The notes under the pieces were generated by a model that was given only the letters and a program-made list of their open reading frames with translations, had not been told where the DNA came from and made no database searches. Shown here piece by piece: positions 58,859 through 64,000 of a stretch of DNA of 64,000 nucleotides; position 1 is the first letter of the stretch; the number at the start of each line of letters is the position of its first letter. The translations under genes and the position numbers were made by a program. Source of the DNA: an archaeon (lineage in GTDB: Archaea; Nanobdellota; Nanobdellia; Woesearchaeales; GCA-2686295). The DNA lies in assembly GCA_043822105.1 (NCBI GenBank), contig JBDRCD010000009.1, positions 67,098 to 131,097 of the forward strand, given 5' to 3'.

Positions 58859-58963
58859 AATCTCCGGTGATTTTTATTATTAAATCACCTAGCTGGTTCT
58901 TCACCCCTTTTTAAGAAATGTTATTGCTCTTTTTTATATAAAACTTTTGTTTAGATGGTGAAA

Positions 58964-59386
58964 TTATAAATAATTTGAATCGTTTTTGTCATAGGTTGTG
59001 CGATTGCTTTCACCCAAATTATATTTCTGATTGTCATCTTCAGAAACATTGTATTCATTGACAATCGAATCAGTATCTGAAATTTTATAGTCACTCACTT
59101 CTTTCTTTTCCATATCTGCTTTGAAGGTTCTACCGCATCCGCATCCCGCAAAGACTTGTTTCTTCTTTTTGTGAACAACTTCTTCACTTTCATCTTCGGA
59201 AACTTTCTCCTGAATGCTGTTTTTGTCTTCTTCAAATCCAAGCATGTTTAACTGGGCGTTTTCATGGGTTTTAGAATGTTCTTTCCAGATTTCAGAATTT
59301 TTAATTAGATGAAGAAATCTTTTCTTTTCAGTCTCTGTAACTTCTTTGTCCAAAAGTTTGTTTTCAAGATTTATGAATTGAACCAT
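58964..59386 (-). CDS. Hypothetical acidic protein with CGCG motif
   Basis: 140 aa ORF, no family recognised. Confidence 0.6.
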   Translation of the reverse strand: MVQFINLENKLLDKEVTETEKKRFLHLIKNSEIWKEHSKTHENAQLNMLGFEEDKNSIQEKVSEDESEEVVHKKKKQVFAGCGCGRTFKADMEKKEVSDYKISDTDSIVNEYNVSEDDNQKYNLGESNRTTYDKNDSNYL

Positions 59387-59484
59387 TGTTTCTTTATGTT
59401 TCTTTAGTCTTTATTTATCTTTTGTTTAAGACTACTGACTAGTTTACATAAATATTTATATTAGTTGTTCAATGGTTTAATGGT

Positions 59485-60804
59485 ATGTATGACATAGTTG
59501 TTGGGAGGAATGAGTCCGATAGAAAAAAATATGGTGAAAAAGGCACAGTTCTAATAGGAAAACATTATGTAAAGATGGGTAGAACCAGTTCTCTTGTTAA
59601 CAAAATTTATCTTGACATGATTCGTTCCCACGTTGTTTTTGTTTGTGGTAAAAGAGGAAGCGGAAAAAGCTACACAATGGGTGTTATCGCCGAAGGTATG
59701 ACTGATCTGCCAAGAGAAATTAAACGAAACATATCGATAATAATGCTTGATACCATGGGAATATACTGGACCATGAAATATCCCAACAAGAAAGAGAAAG
59801 ACCTTCTTGAAGAATGGGGTGTTGAAGGAAAAGGTCTTGATGTGAAGATTTATACTCCAAAAGGATTCTATGATGACTATAAAAAAAAAGGAATACCTAC
59901 AGATTATCCTTTTTCTGTCAAGCCTTCAGAGCTTAATGCAGAAGACTGGAATATAACTTTTGGTATTAATCCAAATGAGGCAACAGGTGTTTTGATTGAA
60001 AAGCTAATCTATGATTTGAAAGAAGCTGGTAAGAATTATGATATTGATGATATAATAAAGAAAATTGATAAGGATCCTGATGCCGGAAAGTCTGTTAAAG
60101 ACGCAGCCAAGAATCAGTTTTTGAATGCAAAGAATTGGGGTGTGTTTGACAAAGAAGGAACGCCTCTAAAGGATTTGGCCAAAGGTGGTCAGGTTACGGT
60201 TCTGGATGTTTCCTGCTATGCAACTGTGCCTGGTTCATGGAACATAAAAAACATGGTCATTGGACTTATTTCTCAAAAATTATTCATTGAAAGAATGCTT
60301 GCAAGGAAAAATGAGGAGTTTCAGGAGGTTCACAAATCTGTTAATTACTTTGGTGATGAACAGATTGTGAAACAGGAATTTCCACTTGTTTGGCTGGTAA
60401 TTGATGAAGCCCACGAGTTCCTGCCTGTCACTGGCAAAACAATGGCGACTGATCCGCTAGTTACAATTCTCCGAGAAGGAAGACAGCCAGGAATATCGCT
60501 TATTCTGGCAACTCAACAGCCAGGAAAAATTCACACGGATGTCATGACCCAGTCTGACACGGTTATTTCCCACAGAATCACTGCAAAGATGGACGTCGAT
60601 GCTCTTGGAATGCTTATGCAGTCCTATATGAGGGAGGGACTTGATGTTCTGCTTGATAATCTTCCAAGATTCAAGGGTGCTGCAATCATTTTTGACGATA
60701 CAAATGAAAAAATGTATCCCATAAGAATCCGTCCAAGATTTACCTGGCATGGCGGAGAGGCTCCAACTGCTCTGCATGAAGAAGAGGAACTTTTTGAGGA
60801 TTGA
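59485..60804 (+). CDS. HerA/FtsK-superfamily ATPase (DUF87-like)
   Basis: Walker A GKRGSGKS, Walker B LVIDEAH, REGR..G and LATQQP. Confidence 0.9.
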   Translation: MYDIVVGRNESDRKKYGEKGTVLIGKHYVKMGRTSSLVNKIYLDMIRSHVVFVCGKRGSGKSYTMGVIAEGMTDLPREIKRNISIIMLDTMGIYWTMKYPNKKEKDLLEEWGVEGKGLDVKIYTPKGFYDDYKKKGIPTDYPFSVKPSELNAEDWNITFGINPNEATGVLIEKLIYDLKEAGKNYDIDDIIKKIDKDPDAGKSVKDAAKNQFLNAKNWGVFDKEGTPLKDLAKGGQVTVLDVSCYATVPGSWNIKNMVIGLISQKLFIERMLARKNEEFQEVHKSVNYFGDEQIVKQEFPLVWLVIDEAHEFLPVTGKTMATDPLVTILREGRQPGISLILATQQPGKIHTDVMTQSDTVISHRITAKMDVDALGMLMQSYMREGLDVLLDNLPRFKGAAIIFDDTNEKMYPIRIRPRFTWHGGEAPTALHEEEELFED

Positions 60805-61976
60805 AGATGCACTATAGGGAGTATGTCCGTGCCACTGGAATAAGTCTGCTGTTTACTTTCTGTTCATTTTTGTACTATCCAATAATCTCACCCTACATTA
60901 AGGCCATGGGGTTTGACAATTTTCAGGTTGGTTTGTTATTCTCAGTTTTTCCTCTTACGGTTATACTTGTTTCTGCCATACTTGGCAGACTGGCGGACAG
61001 CATTGGCAGAATTAAAATCATAGTGTTTGGTTTGATTGTTGAAATAGTTGCCACGGTTTTGTATTTGGTGAATGCTCATTGGTTGATGATAATAGCTGCC
61101 AGAATGCTAAACGCGGTGGCCTATGTGGCTGTTTTATTGGTTGCACTTGCAAAAATACAGGGCGCATTGTCAGACAGGGACCGTGGCAAGTATACTGGTT
61201 GGAGTCTTAGCATTGCACAGGTGGGTGCAGTGGTTGCTCCTGTGCTTGGGGGGGTCCTTGCCGATCAATTGTTTATTACGGCTCCATTTATTCTGACGGC
61301 TGTTTTGCTTTTGATGCTTGTTTTCCTACTGATTTTCAGAACAAAAAAACTTTCCAAAAAAATAGAACAGGAGAATTTCAATATATTCAAAGCTTTGAAA
61401 ACTTTTTTCTCATCAAGACATTTGAGGGGGGTGGCTGTTTTGGGATTTGTTATGCATGCGTCTACACCAGCCACGCTTGTTTTTCTTCCGCTTTTTATCA
61501 TTGAAAAATTTGGTCTGAGCTATTCATACGTTGGAGTGGCAATATTCTTCTTCGGAGCGGCCCATCTGTTCCAGTTTTTCTTCGGAGCTCTGGCAGATAA
61601 ATATGGCAGAGTTACAATGATTCTGTTCGGTTGCTTCATAATGGGTTTTTTCCTCTTTTTCCTGGCAACCATTCAGACTTACTGGGTTCTTTTGGTGCTT
61701 GTTTTTCTAATGGGCATTGGTGGAGCAATATGGAACATATCTGCATGGACTCTCATGTCTTCCATTGGCGAGAAGATGAACAAGACAGGTGAAATTATAG
61801 GTTCATACATGTCCATAGCCCAGACAGGTGCTTTCATAAGTTTTCTCATGAGCGGTTTGATTGTACAGGTTTTTGGTTTTGGAGTGTTGTTTGCACTTAA
61901 TGGTTTTCTTATTGCAATAGGTATGTCAATAGCATCCTATTATTTCGGAAGATATGAACACTCTTCGGGAAACTAG
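60801..61976 (+). CDS. Major facilitator superfamily transporter
   Basis: 12 TM; motif A GRLADSIGR and GALADKYGR. Confidence 0.93.
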   Translation: MKMHYREYVRATGISLLFTFCSFLYYPIISPYIKAMGFDNFQVGLLFSVFPLTVILVSAILGRLADSIGRIKIIVFGLIVEIVATVLYLVNAHWLMIIAARMLNAVAYVAVLLVALAKIQGALSDRDRGKYTGWSLSIAQVGAVVAPVLGGVLADQLFITAPFILTAVLLLMLVFLLIFRTKKLSKKIEQENFNIFKALKTFFSSRHLRGVAVLGFVMHASTPATLVFLPLFIIEKFGLSYSYVGVAIFFFGAAHLFQFFFGALADKYGRVTMILFGCFIMGFFLFFLATIQTYWVLLVLVFLMGIGGAIWNISAWTLMSSIGEKMNKTGEIIGSYMSIAQTGAFISFLMSGLIVQVFGFGVLFALNGFLIAIGMSIASYYFGRYEHSSGN

Positions 61977-62014
61977 ACTAAACCTTTTTAAATCCATTAA
62001 AATTAGTTCTTTTT

Positions 62015-62338
62015 ATGGCTTTTTCAAAATCATTTCCAAGAACGGTGGATAAGAGTTCTTACCCTGTTTGGGAAGAAATATATTTATCTGATGAAGAAGA
62101 AGCGAACCAAGAACAGAAGTGTAAGGATGAAAACGTTTTATTGATGAAAGAATGCATTGAAGATGCAAAAAAAATATTCTCTGACAAAAATCTTAAAGAC
62201 TTTCAGTCAGACGTCATAAAAATTGCAATTTCTTTGTTTGAAAAAAGAGCAAGTCATGAAGTTTTCTGGAAGGAATCGAAAGCTAAGGAGAAGTTTGATT
62301 CTCTTTTTGGTGGAAAGCTTTCCGACGCTAAAAAATAA
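62015..62338 (+). CDS. Hypothetical protein
   Basis: 107 aa ORF with TATA about 25 nt upstream (leaderless-type start). Confidence 0.75.
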   Translation: MAFSKSFPRTVDKSSYPVWEEIYLSDEEEANQEQKCKDENVLLMKECIEDAKKIFSDKNLKDFQSDVIKIAISLFEKRASHEVFWKESKAKEKFDSLFGGKLSDAKK

Positions 62339-62510
62339 CTTTTTTCTTTTTTGACTGTTTAAGGTCGTTTTCTGAAATTTGTAAAGCTTTCCAACAAAAG
62401 TGTTGAAAACAATTTCAAACAAAACCACGTCTTTGACGAAGCTTCTGGAGTTGATATGGTTGTGATAATTTAAACTAACATTTAAACTTAACTAAGATTT
62501 TCAAATATAG

Positions 62511-63605
62511 CTAACTTTTTAAGAGTTTTATTTCTTCCATTATGATATTATAATCCATAATGAACTCTCCTTTTTTTCTTAATGTAATATTTGGTTTTTC
62601 TTGTTTTATGATTTCAGATGGGAGATAATATTCCTTGTCTTTCCCAAATTTTTTTATCATTTTTACTAATAAAGGGTATATTTTTTGAAAAAGTAAATGG
62701 TGGGATTCTTCTCTTACTTTTTGACTATGTTCCAAGAGTTTTAACAAGTATCTCAAATTCTTAGATTTGTATTCTTGAAGTAATTTCTTCTTCTGTTTGA
62801 ATAGTTCTTCATTATGTTTGTCTTTGGTGGTTATTGTCGAAGTTGTTGCAAGAATATGCATTGTTTTAGTATCTTTCACAATGTTTAAAATTTCTTTTTC
62901 AATCATTTCAGGAATTGGATAACGTGACAATATCACGCATCTTCCTAAGGCTTCTATTGCGATTAGACTATGTTTATAGCTTTCAATATCTAATGGAGAT
63001 TTTTTTAAGTATTCATGAAGATTTTTTAATCCTTTAATTCCTTTATTTGCATTATTTATGTGGTGCGAACAAAATTTTTTTGCATCCTTTCTAAATGCTT
63101 TTATTATCTTTTCTAAGTGTAGTTCTTCCATAACTCTATCTAAATGGAGTGTTCCTTTCTCAATCTTTAGATCAACATCTTTTATGAATGAAGAATTAAG
63201 ATTCATCGCGGCTTGATATTTTGCCAATAAGATGTAATACCAAAGAACAAAAGGTCTTTGTTTCCATTTATCGGACTGGATTCTTTTTCTTGGTTTAATT
63301 TTTTTTATTATTCCTTCATCAGAATTAACAAGAACGTAGTCTCCTTCTTTGAAAGAAAAGAGTTGTTTTAAATCTAAAACACATGGTTTTCCTATTTCTC
63401 TACACACAATTGCTGCATGCATCGTTATTCCGCCTTCTACTGTTAACACTGCTCTTGACTTAGTTATACTCTCAAAAAGTTCTGGATAAGTATTTTTAGC
63501 AGCCAAAATTGAATTGTTCTTAATTTTAGCTACATCTTTTATGTTATTTACAAAAACAATATATCCTGCGGTTGTTCCCATTGGAGAAGCTGGTGTTCCT
63601 TTCAT
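62511..63605 (-). CDS. PEP-utilizing enzyme phosphohistidine (swivel) domain fused to a helical domain
   Basis: KGTPASPMG...G, T.P and GGITMHAAIVCREIGKPCV (phospho-His motif) at the N-terminus. Confidence 0.82.
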   Translation of the reverse strand: MKGTPASPMGTTAGYIVFVNNIKDVAKIKNNSILAAKNTYPELFESITKSRAVLTVEGGITMHAAIVCREIGKPCVLDLKQLFSFKEGDYVLVNSDEGIIKKIKPRKRIQSDKWKQRPFVLWYYILLAKYQAAMNLNSSFIKDVDLKIEKGTLHLDRVMEELHLEKIIKAFRKDAKKFCSHHINNANKGIKGLKNLHEYLKKSPLDIESYKHSLIAIEALGRCVILSRYPIPEMIEKEILNIVKDTKTMHILATTSTITTKDKHNEELFKQKKKLLQEYKSKNLRYLLKLLEHSQKVREESHHLLFQKIYPLLVKMIKKFGKDKEYYLPSEIIKQEKPNITLRKKGEFIMDYNIIMEEIKLLKS

Positions 63606-64000
63606 CTTAGTATTTGATATACAACCTCTTCAATTGAATCAACAATAATATTTCCTTCTCTTCTCGCATCTTGTATTGTTCTCTTTGTCATATCAGGTGT
63701 TGTTGTTAGGAATATCCTTTGTGCACCTGCTTTTTTTGCAAAAGAGTTCTCCCCCAAAGAATCCGACACGTAGGCAAAAATATTCTTTCCTTCAAATAAT
63801 TCTGTATAGGTTTGTTGTTTCATTTTTTTGCCTGAGTGAATGTTATTTTCAAAGAAAGAATATAGTTCTGCATTGGTTCCTTCTTGCTCTATATTGATTT
63901 TTTTTAGCATTGCTTTTTGTAGAAATACTGGTGCCCCTGAAAGTGTTTTCAGATTATAACCTTCATTGCTTAAATTAGGGATATGTTCAACTCCTTTGTA
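63602..64000 (-). CDS. HAD-superfamily phosphatase (enolase-phosphatase MtnC-like), 5' part outside the window
   Basis: Frame stays open to the window end (YKGVEHIPNLSNEGYNLKTLSGAPVFLQK...); FF....GKK....TY and YVSDS..E...AKKAG motifs. Confidence 0.6.
   Translation of the reverse strand, partial: YKGVEHIPNLSNEGYNLKTLSGAPVFLQKAMLKKINIEQEGTNAELYSFFENNIHSGKKMKQQTYTELFEGKNIFAYVSDSLGENSFAKKAGAQRIFLTTTPDMTKRTIQDARREGNIIVDSIEEVVYQILR

Noticed and set aside
59485..61976. HerA-based defence system or HerA-NurA repair operon
   Set aside because: No adjacent NurA, Mre11, SIR2 or other nuclease; the neighbour is an MFS transporter.

Overview
AT-rich, gene-dense archaeal chromosomal segment. It most likely comes from a DPANN lineage (Woesearchaeota-like); this is inferred from gene content, not from a search. 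The information-processing genes are archaeal: SRP RNA, tRNA-Cys, tRNA-Arg, Rpp21, Bud32, NIP7-like, ABCE1, TrmI, Trm11, fibrillarin/Nop5, aRF1, aIF5A, L40e, Topo VI A/B, Dim2, RIO1, DnaG, ValRS and CysRS. Several enzymes look bacterial-type (class I GAPDH, PGK, a Pol II-like B-family polymerase). Glycogen/sugar genes and a deoxyhypusine synthase-decarboxylase-ureohydrolase operon are also present. I see no CRISPR array, transposase, integrase or rRNA. Main leads: (1) an apparently split MCM, with an AAA+ motor lacking the N-terminal tier and a divergently transcribed stand-alone MCM-type winged-helix gene, next to a Pol II-like polymerase ending in a PIP-box-like motif; (2) a ~390-nt structured leader upstream of dnaG with mutually exclusive hairpins over the Shine-Dalgarno; (3) a leaderless 16-codon uORF/structured leader before the polyamine/hypusine operon; (4) an ABCE1 that has lost exactly one of its two Fe-S clusters; (5) an SRP RNA lacking helix 6; (6) several unannotated small RNA and small ORF candidates. 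All family assignments come from motif recognition by eye.
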